Assembly: GCA_043758755.1 (NCBI GenBank)
Contig: JAYVMW010000059.1
Span: forward strand, 178,960-242,959
Reading direction: 5' to 3'
DNA from: Oxalobacteraceae bacterium
GTDB lineage: Bacteria; Pseudomonadota; Gammaproteobacteria; Burkholderiales; Burkholderiaceae_D
DNA length: 64,000 nucleotides
Part shown: piece after piece, positions 10,443-21,443 of the stretch
Layout: each line of letters begins with the position of its first letter
How positions within the stretch are numbered: position 1 is the first letter of the stretch
The notes under the pieces: generated by a model
Databases searched by the model: none
Seen by the model: only the letters and a program-made list of their open reading frames with translations
What the model was told of the DNA's origin: nothing
Translations under genes and position numbers: made by a program

Positions 10443-11639
10443 CTAAAACGCATCCCCAGGCACGCGCACCCAACCTTCCATCAGGACCCGCGCACTGCGG
10501 CTCATGATGGCTTTGGTCACGCTCCACACACCATCAGCCTGTGTTGCTTCGGCACCGACCCGCAAGGTCCCGGACGGATGGCCAAAACGTACTACCGTTC
10601 TGTTGCCACCACCGGCTGCCAGATTCACCAGTGTGCCCGGAATCGCAGCGGCCGTGCCGATTGCAACTGCAGCCGTACCCATCATGGCGTGATGCAGTTT
10701 GCCCATCGACAGCGCGCGCACCAGTAAATCGATATCGGTGGCACTGACCTGTTTGCCGCTGGATGAATTGTAGGCAGCCGGTGGCGCAACGAACGCGACC
10801 TTGGGCGTATGCTGGCGGGTTTGCGCTTCCGACAGCTCTTTGATCAGTCCCATGCGCAAGGCACCATGGGCGCGGATCAGTTCAAACTTTGCCAGTGCGG
10901 CAGCATCGCTGTTAATGGCCTCCTGCAATTCGCAGCCGGTATAGCCGATCTCGTGTGCGTTGATGAAAATGGTCGGTATGCCGGCATTGATCATGGTTGC
11001 CTTCAGAGTGCCGATACCTGGTACCACCAGATCATCAACCAGATTCCCGGTCGGGAACATTGCGCCACTACCGCCTTCTTCTTCGGCTGCAGGGTCCATG
11101 AATTCCAGCTGTACCTCTGCCGCAGGGAAGGTTACGCCATCCAGTTCAAAGTCACCCGTTTCCTGTACCCAGCCCTTGGTCACAGGAACACGCGCGATGA
11201 TGGTCTTGCCGATGTTGGCCTGCCAGATTCTGACGATGGCCACACCGCTGTCACCGTCAATCTTGCTGCGTGCATCGATCAGTCCGCTCGACAGCGCGAA
11301 CGAACCGACTGCCGCAGACAGATTGCCGCAGTTGCCGCTCCAGTCCACAAACGCTTTATCGATGGCGACCTGACCGAACAGATAATCGACATCGTGGCCC
11401 GGCCGACTGCTTTTGGACAGGATGACCGTTTTACTGGTGCTGGAGGACGCACCGCCCATGCCGTCGATCTGTTTGCCATACGGATCGGGTGAGCCGATCA
11501 CGCGCAGCAGCAGCGCATCACGGGCCGGACCCGGAACCCGGGCCGGGGCGGGCAGATCCTGCAGACGAAAGAACACGCCCTTGCTGGTGCCGCCGCGCAT
11601 ATAGGTGGCCGGGATTCTGATTTGAGGTACGTGGGACAT
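10443..11639 (-). CDS. prpF: 2-methylaconitate cis-trans isomerase PrpF
   Basis: YMRGGTSKG, QIDGMGG, SGNCGNL, HHAMMGT; follows acnD. Confidence 0.95.
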   Translation of the reverse strand: MSHVPQIRIPATYMRGGTSKGVFFRLQDLPAPARVPGPARDALLLRVIGSPDPYGKQIDGMGGASSSTSKTVILSKSSRPGHDVDYLFGQVAIDKAFVDWSGNCGNLSAAVGSFALSSGLIDARSKIDGDSGVAIVRIWQANIGKTIIARVPVTKGWVQETGDFELDGVTFPAAEVQLEFMDPAAEEEGGSGAMFPTGNLVDDLVVPGIGTLKATMINAGIPTIFINAHEIGYTGCELQEAINSDAAALAKFELIRAHGALRMGLIKELSEAQTRQHTPKVAFVAPPAAYNSSSGKQVSATDIDLLVRALSMGKLHHAMMGTAAVAIGTAAAIPGTLVNLAAGGGNRTVVRFGHPSGTLRVGAEATQADGVWSVTKAIMSRSARVLMEGWVRVPGDAF

Positions 11640-11690
11640 GACTACTCCTGTATAAATTGGCGGGGTGGATGCGTAGGGTGCATCTACATT

Positions 11691-14285
11691 TTAGGCGGCC
11701 TTGACTGACTCAAGAAAGTCCTGCGCAAAACGCTGCAGCACACCGCCGGCTTCATAAATTGATACCTCTTCAGCAGTATCCAGGCGGCACAGCATCGGCA
11801 CGTCCAGACGTTCACCATTTTTTCTGTGGATTACCAGTGTGAGCGTGGCGCGCGGTGTGCGTTCCCCGACCACATCATAGGTCTCACTGCCATCCAGCCC
11901 CAGAGTCAGGCGGTTCACCCCCGGCATAAATTCCAGAGGTAAAACGCCCATGCCGACCAGATTGGTGCGGTGGATCCGTTCGAACCCTTCCGCTGCAATC
12001 GTTTCCACGCCGGCCAGTCGTACCCCCTTGGCGGCCCAGTCGCGTGACGAACCCTGACCATAGTCAGCGCCGGCAACAATGATTAACGGCTGCTTGCGTT
12101 CCATGTAAATTTCAATTGCTTCCCACATGCGCATGACTTTGCCTTCCGGCTCGACGCGCGTCAGGGAGCCGACCTTGACCTTGCCGTTTTCCAGCACCAT
12201 TTCGTTTTTCAGTGTCGGGTTGGCGAAGGTGGCGCGCTGTGCGGTGAGATGATCACCACGGTGCGTGGCGTAGGAATTGAAGTCTTCTTCCGGCAGTCCC
12301 ATTTTGGCCAGATAGGCACCGGCAGCGCTGTCGAGCATGATCGCGTTGGAGGGTGACAGATGGTCGGTAGTGATGTTGTCACCCAACACCGCCAGAGCGC
12401 GCATGCCGCGCATGGTGCGCGCACCGGCCAGTGCACCTTCCCAGTATGGCGGGCGGCGGATGTAGGTAGTCTGTGGACGCCAGTCATAGAGCGGGCTGAC
12501 TGCTGCGCTGGTGTCGGCTTCGCGTGCAAACATCGGAATGTAGACCTTGCGGAACTGTTCTGGTTTGACGCTGGCAGCAATCACGGCATCGATTTCAGCG
12601 TCGCTCGGCCAGATGTCATTGAGTGTGACCGGCTGCCCTTTGGCGTCGCTGCCGAGCACGTCTTTTTCAATGTCAAAACGGATCGTGCCGGCAATCGCGT
12701 AAGCCACCACCAGTGGTGGTGAAGCCAGGAACGCCTGCTTGGCGTATGGATGAATCCGGCCATCAAAATTGCGGTTGCCGGACAGTACGGCAGTGGCATA
12801 CAGATCGCGTTCGATGACTTCTTTCTGGATTACCGGATCAAGCGCGCCGCTCATGCCGTTGCAGGAAGTGCAGGCATATGCAACCACGCCAAAGCCGAGC
12901 TGTTCCAGTTCCTTCATCAGGCCGGCCTGTTCCAGATACAGCGTGACGGTTTTCGAGCCGGGTGCCAGTGAACTTTTTACCCAGGGCTTTCTGGTCAGAC
13001 CGCGTGCGTTGGCATTTCTGGCAATCAGTCCGGCAGCAATCATGTTGCGCGGATTATTGGTGTTGGTACAGCTGGTAATGGCTGCAATGATCACCGCACC
13101 GTCCGGCATTTTTCCCGGCTCGTTTTCAACTACGCCGCTGACACCGCGTGCGGCCAGTTCAGACGTTGGTACGCGATTGTGCGGATTGGACGGCCCGGCG
13201 ATGGTGCGCACCACGGTGGACAGATCAAACTTCAGCACGCGTTCGTATTCGGCATGTTTCAAGCTGTCGGCCCACAGACCGGTCTGCTTTGCATATTGCT
13301 CAACCAGTTTGACCAGTTCATCATCACGGCCGGTCAGTTTCAGGTAGGTGATGGTTTGTTCGTCGATATAAAACATCGCGGCAGTGGCACCAAATTCCGG
13401 TGCCATGTTGGAAATGGTGGCGCGGTCACCCAGGGTCAGTTTTGCCGCGCCCGGACCATAAAATTCCAGGTACGAAGAAACCACCTTCTGTTTGCGCAAA
13501 AATTCGGTCAGTGCCAAAACGGTATCAGTAGCGGTAATGCCTTCCTGCGGTTTGCCGGTCAGTTCCACGCCGATGATATCCGGCAAACGCATCCAGGAAG
13601 CGCGCCCGAGCATGACGCTTTCAGCTTCCAGACCGCCGACGCCGATGGCGATCACGCCCAGCGCATCCACCATCGGTGTGTGGCTGTCGGTGCCAACCAG
13701 CGTATCCGGGTAGGCCACCCCGTCCTGCACCTGAATCACCGGCGACATGCGTTCCAGATTGATCTGATGCAAAATGCCGTTGCCCGGCGGGATCACGTCG
13801 ACGTTTTTGAAGGCTTTCTTGGTCCAGTTGATGAAGTCGAAACGATCTTCATTACGCCGGTCTTCAATGGCGCGGTTTTTTGCAAACGCATCCGGATCGA
13901 AACCACCGCATTCCACTGCCAGTGAATGGTCGACCACCAGTTGGGTCGGCACCACCGGATTCACCAACGCCGGGTCACCACCCTGTGCGGCAATGGCGTC
14001 GCGCAGACCGGCCAGATCTACCAATGCCGTTTGCCCCAGAATGTCATGACAGACTACCCGGGCCGGAAACCAGGGAAAGTCCAGATCACGTTTTCTGTCG
14101 ATGAACTGTTTGAGTGAATCGTTCAGTGTGGCCGGATCACAGCGCCGCACCAGATTTTCAGCCAGCACGCGCGAGGTATAGGGCAGCCTGTCGTACGCGC
14201 CGGGGGTGATGGCGTCGACAGCCGCACGGGTGTCGAAATAATCCAGTTTGGTGCCGGGCAGATTTTTGCGGAATGCTTTGTTCAT
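11691..14285 (-). CDS. acnD: Fe/S-dependent 2-methylisocitrate dehydratase AcnD
   Basis: Aconitase motifs VVCHDILGQ, DHSL, GTDSHT, AITSCTN, CTSCNG, GSSRDWAAKG; 864 aa. Confidence 0.95.
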   Translation of the reverse strand: MNKAFRKNLPGTKLDYFDTRAAVDAITPGAYDRLPYTSRVLAENLVRRCDPATLNDSLKQFIDRKRDLDFPWFPARVVCHDILGQTALVDLAGLRDAIAAQGGDPALVNPVVPTQLVVDHSLAVECGGFDPDAFAKNRAIEDRRNEDRFDFINWTKKAFKNVDVIPPGNGILHQINLERMSPVIQVQDGVAYPDTLVGTDSHTPMVDALGVIAIGVGGLEAESVMLGRASWMRLPDIIGVELTGKPQEGITATDTVLALTEFLRKQKVVSSYLEFYGPGAAKLTLGDRATISNMAPEFGATAAMFYIDEQTITYLKLTGRDDELVKLVEQYAKQTGLWADSLKHAEYERVLKFDLSTVVRTIAGPSNPHNRVPTSELAARGVSGVVENEPGKMPDGAVIIAAITSCTNTNNPRNMIAAGLIARNANARGLTRKPWVKSSLAPGSKTVTLYLEQAGLMKELEQLGFGVVAYACTSCNGMSGALDPVIQKEVIERDLYATAVLSGNRNFDGRIHPYAKQAFLASPPLVVAYAIAGTIRFDIEKDVLGSDAKGQPVTLNDIWPSDAEIDAVIAASVKPEQFRKVYIPMFAREADTSAAVSPLYDWRPQTTYIRRPPYWEGALAGARTMRGMRALAVLGDNITTDHLSPSNAIMLDSAAGAYLAKMGLPEEDFNSYATHRGDHLTAQRATFANPTLKNEMVLENGKVKVGSLTRVEPEGKVMRMWEAIEIYMERKQPLIIVAGADYGQGSSRDWAAKGVRLAGVETIAAEGFERIHRTNLVGMGVLPLEFMPGVNRLTLGLDGSETYDVVGERTPRATLTLVIHRKNGERLDVPMLCRLDTAEEVSIYEAGGVLQRFAQDFLESVKAA

Positions 14286-14309
14286 GGTGGACTCGATATG
14301 GATAAAAAA

Positions 14310-15461
14310 TCAGTTGCGGCTTTTGATCGGAACAAATTTCAGATCTTCCGGTCCGACATAATTGGCGCTTGGACGGATGATCTTGTTGTCAATGCGCTGC
14401 TCGATAATATGCGCAGCCCAGCCGGAAGTGCGCGCAATCACGAACAGTGGTGTGAACATGGCAGTGGGCACGCCCATCATGTGGTACGACACGGCCGAGA
14501 ACCAGTCCAGATTCGGGAACATTTTCTTGGCATCCCACATGACACTTTCCAGACGCTCTGCAATGTCAAACATTTTGGTCGAGCCGGCTTTGACGGACAG
14601 CTCACGCGCGACTTCCTTGATGACTTTGTTGCGCGGGTCGGAAATGGTGTAGACCGGATGGCCAAAACCGATCACGACTTCCTTGTTTTCAACGCGGCGC
14701 TTGATGTCTGCTTCGGCCTCGTCCGGATTGTCATAGCGTTTCTGAATTTCAAACGCCACTTCATTGGCACCGCCGTGTTTGGGGCCGCGCAGTGCACCGA
14801 TCGCGCCGGTAATGGCCGAGTGCATGTCGGAACCGGTGCCAGCAATTACGCGTCCGGCAAAGGTGGAGGCATTGAATTCATGTTCGGCATATAAAATCAG
14901 TGAAGTATGCATGGCACTGACCCATTCGTCGCTGGGTTTGGTACCGTGCAACAGGTGCAGGAAATGTCCGCCGATTGAATCATCGTCGGTTTCCACGTCG
15001 ATCCGTTTGCCGTTATGGCTGTAGTGATACCAGTACAGCAGCATGGAACCGAATGAAGCCATCAGGCGATCGGCGATGTCGCGCGCACCCGGCAGATTGT
15101 GATCATCTTTCTCCGGCAGTGTGCAACCCAACACCGAAACACCGGTACGCATCACATCCATCGGATGGGCTGAAGCCGGCAGACATTCCAGCGCCGCTTT
15201 CAATCCGGCTGGCAGGCCCCGCAATGCTTTCAGGCTGGCTTTGTAGGCCTTCAGTTCAGCATGATTGGGCAATTTGCCGTGCACCAGCAGATAGGCGATT
15301 TCTTCAAATTCGCACGAAGTGGCCACGTCCAGAATATCGTAGCCGCGATAATGCAGATCATTGCCGGTTTTGCCGACCGTGCACAAGGCCGTATTGCCGG
15401 CGGTAACGCCGGACAGTGCTACGGATTTTTTGGGTTTAAAGGTTGGGTTTGCTTCTGACAT
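14310..15461 (-). CDS. prpC: 2-methylcitrate synthase
   Basis: [38 protein letters not shown]; start MSEAN after AGGAG. Confidence 0.95.
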   Translation of the reverse strand: MSEANPTFKPKKSVALSGVTAGNTALCTVGKTGNDLHYRGYDILDVATSCEFEEIAYLLVHGKLPNHAELKAYKASLKALRGLPAGLKAALECLPASAHPMDVMRTGVSVLGCTLPEKDDHNLPGARDIADRLMASFGSMLLYWYHYSHNGKRIDVETDDDSIGGHFLHLLHGTKPSDEWVSAMHTSLILYAEHEFNASTFAGRVIAGTGSDMHSAITGAIGALRGPKHGGANEVAFEIQKRYDNPDEAEADIKRRVENKEVVIGFGHPVYTISDPRNKVIKEVARELSVKAGSTKMFDIAERLESVMWDAKKMFPNLDWFSAVSYHMMGVPTAMFTPLFVIARTSGWAAHIIEQRIDNKIIRPSANYVGPEDLKFVPIKSRN

Positions 15462-15513
15462 GATTAATCTCCTGTTTTCATTAAAAAATTTTCCCTGACC
15501 GGGCTGATATCTT

Positions 15514-16401
15514 TTATTTTTTTTGTTGGGCGAACAGTGCATCAAGCTTCTGTTCAAAGCTGTGGTAATTGATGCGTTCATACAGTTCCATGCGGGTCTG
15601 CATGGTATCGACCACATTCTTTTGCGTGCCGTCGCGTCGTACCGCGTTATAAACATTTTCAGCGGCCTTGTTCATGGCGCGAAATGCCGACAACGGATAC
15701 AGCACCATACCGACACCAACCGACTTCAGTTCTTCAACGGTGAATAACGGTGTGGCACCGAATTCGGTGATGTTGGCCAGAATCGGTACCTGCAGTTTGC
15801 TGGCAAAACGCTGGTACATGGGCAGTTCGGTAATCGCTTCCGGAAATACCATGTCGGCACCGGCTTCCACATACCTGTGCGCACGTTCCAGAGCGGCATC
15901 AAAGCCTTCCACGGCCAGCGCATCGGTGCGTGCCATGATCACAAACTCGGGATCGGTACGCGCATCGACTGCCGCTTTGATGCGGTCGACCATTTCCTGG
16001 GTGGTGACAATTTCCTTGCCGGGACGATGGCCGCAACGCTTGGCACCGACCTGGTCTTCAATATGCACCGCGGCAGCGCCAAACTTGATCATCGATTTGA
16101 TGGTGCGCGCCACGTTAAAGGCCGACGCGCCAAAGCCGGTGTCGATATCGACCAGCAGCGGCAGGTCGCACACATCGGTAATGCGGCGCACATCGGTGAG
16201 CACATCATCCAGATTGGAAATGCCCAGATCCGGCAAACCCAGCGACCCGGCAGCCACACCGCCACCGGACAGATAAATGGCTTTGAAACCGACCCGTTTG
16301 GCCAGCAGCGCATGGTTGGCATTGATGGCGCCGATGATTTGCAGCGGGGATTCTTCTTTCAAGGCTTTGCGGAATGCAGCGCCGGCGGAATGGTGGGACA
16401 T
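15514..16401 (-). CDS. prpB: 2-methylisocitrate lyase
   Basis: [30 protein letters not shown]. Confidence 0.96.
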   Translation of the reverse strand: MSHHSAGAAFRKALKEESPLQIIGAINANHALLAKRVGFKAIYLSGGGVAAGSLGLPDLGISNLDDVLTDVRRITDVCDLPLLVDIDTGFGASAFNVARTIKSMIKFGAAAVHIEDQVGAKRCGHRPGKEIVTTQEMVDRIKAAVDARTDPEFVIMARTDALAVEGFDAALERAHRYVEAGADMVFPEAITELPMYQRFASKLQVPILANITEFGATPLFTVEELKSVGVGMVLYPLSAFRAMNKAAENVYNAVRRDGTQKNVVDTMQTRMELYERINYHSFEQKLDALFAQQKK

Positions 16402-16437
16402 CGAGATCTCCTGAGTTGTAAATGCTGGGAGATGTAC

Positions 16438-16453
16438 AGCAATCCCCGTGCCT
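16438..16453 (-). promoter_or_regulatory. Sigma54 -24/-12 promoter for the prp operon
   Basis: Minus strand AGGCACGGGGATTGCT matches GG-CACG-N4-TT-GC, 37 bp upstream of prpB. Confidence 0.75.
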
Positions 16454-16549
16454 AAGTGACGGAGAAGGAATAATTCTTTTTTAATTCAAAGGGTTGACTG
16501 CGCATGGATGACTGCGCAGCTCGTAATTACAGTTTTCAGAAGATGGTTT

Positions 16550-16613
16550 TGTTTCATATTTGTTTCAATGAAACATCGTATTTGAAACAAAAATGAAACA
16601 AATTTGTGTTTCA
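16550..16613. promoter_or_regulatory. Cluster of six TGTTTCA/TGAAACA heptamers, PrpR-type enhancer
   Basis: Heptamers at 16550, 16561, 16569, 16583, 16594, 16607, ~100-160 bp upstream of the sigma54 site; resembles the enteric PrpR GTTTCA-TGAAAC site. Confidence 0.65.
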
Positions 16614-16615
16614 GG

Positions 16616-18349
16616 CTATCCAGTCACCTTCCGGAATAAAGCCCGCCCGACCGCCCGCGCCTTCTGCGCCAGCGTAAAGCGCGCAAAGTTTGTTTTGACA
16701 ACGCCCTCGGTAAAGGCAGTGCGCTTGCTGTAATCAATATTGACTTCCACGATCACTGGCCGACCGGCCGCAGCCATGGCGTTGGCAACGGTAATCTGAC
16801 CGGCCAGATCGGCATCCGTGTCAATTTTGACGTAACCCGCACCAACCGCCATGGCCACGCCTTCCAGCATGACGGTGGGCAAAATCGTGCAGGGTTTGCG
16901 GTTGTAGGGAATTTCCTGGGCCTGCGCAATCTGTGACAGTTCGCCGTCGCAGAACACGTAGTACACCACGCCAAGCTGGTAATGCGTAGCCGTGACGATT
17001 TCCATGCAGGTCATGCGGAAACAGCCGTCACCGACGATGCAGTTGACCGGCACAGTGGGGCGCGCCAGTTTTGCGCCGATGGCCGCTGGTATCGAGTAAC
17101 CCATGGCATTGAAATCGGTTGGCACGATACCGGTTCCGGCTGTCTTGATCTGCATGAGTTCGGCAGTCAGATACGTGTGGTTGCCGTCATCCACCACCGT
17201 CATGGCTTCGTTTGGACTGGCCTCGCGCAGCGCATCAAAAAAGCGCGCCGGATTAACGCGGCCTTTGCTGTCGTGGTCGTACCAGGTTTGGCGATAGGCC
17301 TGTTTGTCGGCGGCAATCTTCGCGTGCAAAGCGGTGTTGGCCGGCTTTGCCGGTGTGGCGCGGCGCAATGCTGCCAGCAGCTGCGGCACCACTACACGGG
17401 CGTCTCCTGCGATGGCGACCTGGGCCGGGAAGTTGGCGTTTAATACTTTCGGGCAGATGTCGATATGGATCAGCTGCTTTGGTACGGTAACGCCAAAGCT
17501 GCCGGTGGCAATTTCACCAAAGCGCGCGCCGATGGCCAGCATCACATCACATTCGGCGAACGCATTCTGCGCCGCAGGAACCGACGATGGGCCAAAGCTG
17601 AATCCGGCGTGCAGCGGGTGCGAGCCGGGGAACATCGAAAAACCCTGCAAGGTGGTTGCGACCGGAGCCTGAATGTACTCCGCCAGTGCCTGCACTTCAG
17701 CCGTGCAGCCATTGGTGCCCCAGCCGACAAACAGACCGGGATTTTTTGCGTTTTTCAGCAAGGTCACGGCCGCGTCGATCTGGCTTTGCTCGGCCGGTGC
17801 ACTTAGCGCGGGGGTGGCCCAGACCGGCAGCGTTCCGACCTCGTCAGGGAACATCTGGATGTTCATCGGGAACTCGATAAACACCGGGCCGGGTTCGCCG
17901 GCAGTGGCAACCCGATAGGCTTCGAAAAAGGTGCTGACCACATCACTGTTCTTTTCGATCTTGAAGGTGGCCTTGGTGATACCTTTCATGAACTGGTGCA
18001 AATCCATTTCATGCAACTGGTACTGCCAGCTGATGTCGGTGCGGATGCTGCCACAGATCACCAGCATCGGCACGCCATCCAGAAAGGCTTCGCCGATCCC
18101 GCTGGCTGCGTGGGTCAGCCCTGCTGCTGGTACCACCACCAGCGTGCCGACCGAATCGGACAGCCGGCTGTAACCGTCGGCCATGAAAGACGCGCCGCCC
18201 TCGTGGCTGACCAGCATCGGTGTGATCGATTCGGACATATTGAGCTGATCATAAAACTCGGTGTTGTGTACACCCGGTATGCCAAAGGTATACCGGATGC
18301 CCAATTGCTCTAGTGCGTAGCGTGCCAGCCATGCGCCGGTTTTTTTCAT
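16616..18349 (-). CDS. Thiamine-diphosphate-dependent enzyme, acetolactate-synthase-like fold
   Basis: FGIPGVHN, HEGGASFMADG, GPVFIEFP, MGYSIPAAIGAKLA, GDGCF. Confidence 0.88.
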   Translation of the reverse strand: MKKTGAWLARYALEQLGIRYTFGIPGVHNTEFYDQLNMSESITPMLVSHEGGASFMADGYSRLSDSVGTLVVVPAAGLTHAASGIGEAFLDGVPMLVICGSIRTDISWQYQLHEMDLHQFMKGITKATFKIEKNSDVVSTFFEAYRVATAGEPGPVFIEFPMNIQMFPDEVGTLPVWATPALSAPAEQSQIDAAVTLLKNAKNPGLFVGWGTNGCTAEVQALAEYIQAPVATTLQGFSMFPGSHPLHAGFSFGPSSVPAAQNAFAECDVMLAIGARFGEIATGSFGVTVPKQLIHIDICPKVLNANFPAQVAIAGDARVVVPQLLAALRRATPAKPANTALHAKIAADKQAYRQTWYDHDSKGRVNPARFFDALREASPNEAMTVVDDGNHTYLTAELMQIKTAGTGIVPTDFNAMGYSIPAAIGAKLARPTVPVNCIVGDGCFRMTCMEIVTATHYQLGVVYYVFCDGELSQIAQAQEIPYNRKPCTILPTVMLEGVAMAVGAGYVKIDTDADLAGQITVANAMAAAGRPVIVEVNIDYSKRTAFTEGVVKTNFARFTLAQKARAVGRALFRKVTG

Positions 18350-18377
18350 GTGAAATCTCCTGGTGATTATTTGTTTT

Positions 18378-19997
18378 TTAAAGGTTGTGGCCGGTAATGA
18401 TTGAACGGGCAGCCGCACGCGCAGTCAGTATGCACCCAGGTAAAAAAGTGCCTTCCAGTGATCGTTTTCCGGATGCGCCACCACCACCAAAGCCGGCCGC
18501 TTCACCCACGCAGTACAGCCCTGCTATCGGCGCTCCCGCAGCGTTCAATACCCGGCTTTGCAGATCGGTCAACAACCCACCCAGACTTTTGCGCGTGATC
18601 AGTTGCAGTTGCATGGCAATGAACGGGCCGGAATTTTTTCCCTGCAGCGGTGCCGGTTTGCAGGTGCGCAGTTTGTCCGGGCCCCAGTGACGGGCATGTT
18701 CAATGCGGCGGATCTGATCATCATTGACGACCGAAGCGCCGCGTGCGAAGTTGGCATCAAACGCATCGGCCGTGGCCTGCAGCACTTCGGCTCGCACATC
18801 CTGGGTGCCAGTCAGCGCATTCATTTTTTGCGCCAGACCAGCCAGCGACTCATCGACCAGAAAGTGTTTGCTCTCGGCGGCCAGTTGTCGCACCAGCCGG
18901 TGATTGCCGAGCAGGATTTCCTTGAGAAACATCGGGAACTGCTGGTCCCGAATGCGCTGATTGTGCTCGGCGCCTGACAGCGCCAGTTCTTTGGCGGCGA
19001 TACGCCAGTTGAGCAGATGCCAGGTGTAGGGCTTTTCCTGAGCGGCGACCTGCTGACACAGGTGATGCGTATCGAAACCAGTCATCAACGGTTCCGGTCC
19101 GATGCGCCGACCGGTGTGATCGAGCCACAGGGCCGACTTGCATGGAATGGCCGACAGACCGTGGCCCGGGAAATGCGGTTGGGGATGCGGAATGCCGGCG
19201 GCGTAATTCCACATTTCACCGGCATGAGTAATCTCCCCGCCCAGTGTGGCCACCAGTCGGTGCAGTTTGCCGTCGGAAAACGGATGGGCCCCATTGAGCA
19301 TGCTGGCCGGAACAGGACGTCCCGGTACCCAGTTGGCTCGGGTCTCCTCATGTCCGCCGTTGATGCCGCCCATGGCCAGCACCAGCGACTGCGCAGTAAA
19401 CTGCACCTGCTGTCCGGAATCGTGATTGATTGCGATCGCACCGCACACGGTGCCATTGGTTGATTCCAGACTGATGACTTCATGGTTGGACAACAGCGTC
19501 AATTGTTTGCCGGTAGCTGCGTCATGCAGGGCCGTGATCATGCGTTTGGTCAGCAACTGCGATGTGCCCCACACCACGTGATAGCGCGGCAGCGTGTTGC
19601 CGTCGCCCAGTTGACCGCGCTCGACCCAGTTCACCGCAGGCATGAATTTCAATCCGTGTTGAATAACCCAGTCATACACCTGGGTGCGCGAATGCTGCAC
19701 ATAAAAGGAAGCCCACTGGCGCGGCCACAGTTCATGCTCACCCAGTTCACCAAAGCGGATCCAGTCGGCCAAAGCCAGTTCGGGGGAGTCTTTGAGTTTC
19801 ATGCGCTGCTGCAGCGGCGTGTCAATCAGCGCCATGCCGCCAAACGCCCACAGCGCCAGACCGCCCAGTCGTTCCGGTGTGTCGCGGTCGACCAGAGTCA
19901 CGCTTTTACCGGCGCGCAGCAGTTCGATTGCCGCGACCAGACCAGCCAGTCCGCCGCCGATCACCAGTGCATCGGATTGCACCTTGTTTGTTGTCAT
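18378..19997 (-). CDS. FAD-binding dehydrogenase (FAD_binding_2, ketosteroid-dehydrogenase-like)
   Basis: IGGGLAGL, GGLALWAFGG, VNWVERG, RKSLGGL.TDL, GEAAGFGGGG..G.RSLEGTFL. Confidence 0.85.
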   Translation of the reverse strand: MTTNKVQSDALVIGGGLAGLVAAIELLRAGKSVTLVDRDTPERLGGLALWAFGGMALIDTPLQQRMKLKDSPELALADWIRFGELGEHELWPRQWASFYVQHSRTQVYDWVIQHGLKFMPAVNWVERGQLGDGNTLPRYHVVWGTSQLLTKRMITALHDAATGKQLTLLSNHEVISLESTNGTVCGAIAINHDSGQQVQFTAQSLVLAMGGINGGHEETRANWVPGRPVPASMLNGAHPFSDGKLHRLVATLGGEITHAGEMWNYAAGIPHPQPHFPGHGLSAIPCKSALWLDHTGRRIGPEPLMTGFDTHHLCQQVAAQEKPYTWHLLNWRIAAKELALSGAEHNQRIRDQQFPMFLKEILLGNHRLVRQLAAESKHFLVDESLAGLAQKMNALTGTQDVRAEVLQATADAFDANFARGASVVNDDQIRRIEHARHWGPDKLRTCKPAPLQGKNSGPFIAMQLQLITRKSLGGLLTDLQSRVLNAAGAPIAGLYCVGEAAGFGGGGASGKRSLEGTFLPGCILTARAAARSIITGHNL

Positions 19998-20091
19998 TGC
20001 CTGTCTCCGTTTTATTTATATTGAATGGCACCAACAGGCGTAAAGATAGCTGGTATCATGCCAAATCCCTTGACCTCAGGAGCCAATAATC

Positions 20092-21105
20092 TTGACCTCA
20101 GAAGCCGGTGCGCCTGCTACCGTATCCATGAGCTGGATCAATATTGTGCTTAGTGCGGCCGAGCGCTATGGCATCAGCCGGGAGCGCCTGCTGACTTGTG
20201 CCGGACTGGCGCTGCAACAACTGGCCGAAGAACGCTGGCCGATTGATGACATTACCCGACTCTGGCGTGCTGCAGCAACACTGACTCAGGATCCTGAATT
20301 TGGCCTCAAGGCCGGCTCTTTGGCAGGGCCATCCAGTTTCAATGTGGTCAGTTTCATATTTCAGTCGTCCCGTTCACTGCGTGAAGCCATGGGCTTGCTG
20401 CAGAAATTCCAGCGCCTGATCAGCGATGGCGGGCGGTTTCAGATTATCGACAGCGGTGCCAAGAGTTGGGTAATCTACCATCCGCGTCAGGGTGAACTGG
20501 CTTTCAGCCCGCATCAAATCGAAGCAGTGCTGTCGGCGCTGACCAGCTTTAGTCGCTGGATCAGCAATGCGCCATTCATTCCGGTTCAGGTGCAGTTCAG
20601 TCACAGCCAGCTCGGCACTATGACGGGTTACCAGAAAATTTTCCAGACCACGGTCAGCTTCAATCAGGCCTTCTGCGGACTGGAACTGGACAATGCGCTG
20701 CTCGACAGTGCCTTGCCGCAGGCCGACGCCCAGCTGGCTGCGATGCACCGTGACTATGCCCAGGCGCGACTGGAAGCGTTGAGCGAACTGACGGACTTTA
20801 TCGGGCAGGTGCAGCAGTGGCTCGGCACGCAATTGGTCCATGGTGTGCCGGAGCGACCCGTCGCGGCGCAGAATTTTGCGCTGAGTGACCGGGTGTTTTC
20901 ACGCAGGCTGGCAAAACACGGGATCAATTATTCGGAGCTGGTCGATACGGTGCGCAAGGACCTGGCCTGTGATGCGGTAGCACATACTGAGCGGGCGTTT
21001 TCCGAGATTGCGCAAAGTCTGGGGTTTTCAGAAGCCAGCGCGTTTAATCGTGCGTTCAAACGCTGGGTTGGACTGTCGCCGGGGGAGTGGCGCAGTCGTA
21101 TTTAG
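20092..21105 (+). CDS. AraC-family regulator (OruR-like), divergent from the FAD/TPP genes
   Basis: C-terminal IAQSLGFSEASAFNRAFKRWVGLSPGEWR. Confidence 0.9.
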   Translation: MTSEAGAPATVSMSWINIVLSAAERYGISRERLLTCAGLALQQLAEERWPIDDITRLWRAAATLTQDPEFGLKAGSLAGPSSFNVVSFIFQSSRSLREAMGLLQKFQRLISDGGRFQIIDSGAKSWVIYHPRQGELAFSPHQIEAVLSALTSFSRWISNAPFIPVQVQFSHSQLGTMTGYQKIFQTTVSFNQAFCGLELDNALLDSALPQADAQLAAMHRDYAQARLEALSELTDFIGQVQQWLGTQLVHGVPERPVAAQNFALSDRVFSRRLAKHGINYSELVDTVRKDLACDAVAHTERAFSEIAQSLGFSEASAFNRAFKRWVGLSPGEWRSRI

Positions 21106-21158
21106 AGTCCTCGGAGAATAATTTTCAGGCCGATTTGTTGCATATTGAACTTGTTGTT

Positions 21159-21178
21159 TGGTACCACTATTGGTACCA
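21159..21178. promoter_or_regulatory. Tandem TGGTACCA palindromes, candidate hicAB operator
   Basis: TGGTACCA-CTAT-TGGTACCA, 7 bp upstream of the hicA ATG. Confidence 0.55.
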
Positions 21179-21185
21179 TTATTGA

Positions 21186-21443
21186 ATGAAATCTTTCGAA
21201 AAAATTCTCGATCAAATGAAATGTGAACCGGCCAATGTCCGGTTCAAAGATCTCGTCACCGTTTGTCTGGAATATTTTGGAGCCGCGCGCCAAAGTGGTT
21301 CCAGCCACCAAATTTACAAGAGCCCCTGGATCGGCGATGCGCGCATCAACATCTAGGACGACAAGGGTAAAGCGAAGGCCTATCAAGTGCGGCAGGTATT
21401 GATGGCAATCGAAAAACTAGGGGAAATGAATCGAGAAAAATGA
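21186..21443 (+). pseudogene. hicA: HicA-like toxin with internal nonsense codon
   Basis: MKSFEKILDQMKCEPANVRFKDL..GSSHQIYKSPWIGDARINI*DDKGKAKAYQVRQVL; TAG at 21354-21356. Confidence 0.85.
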
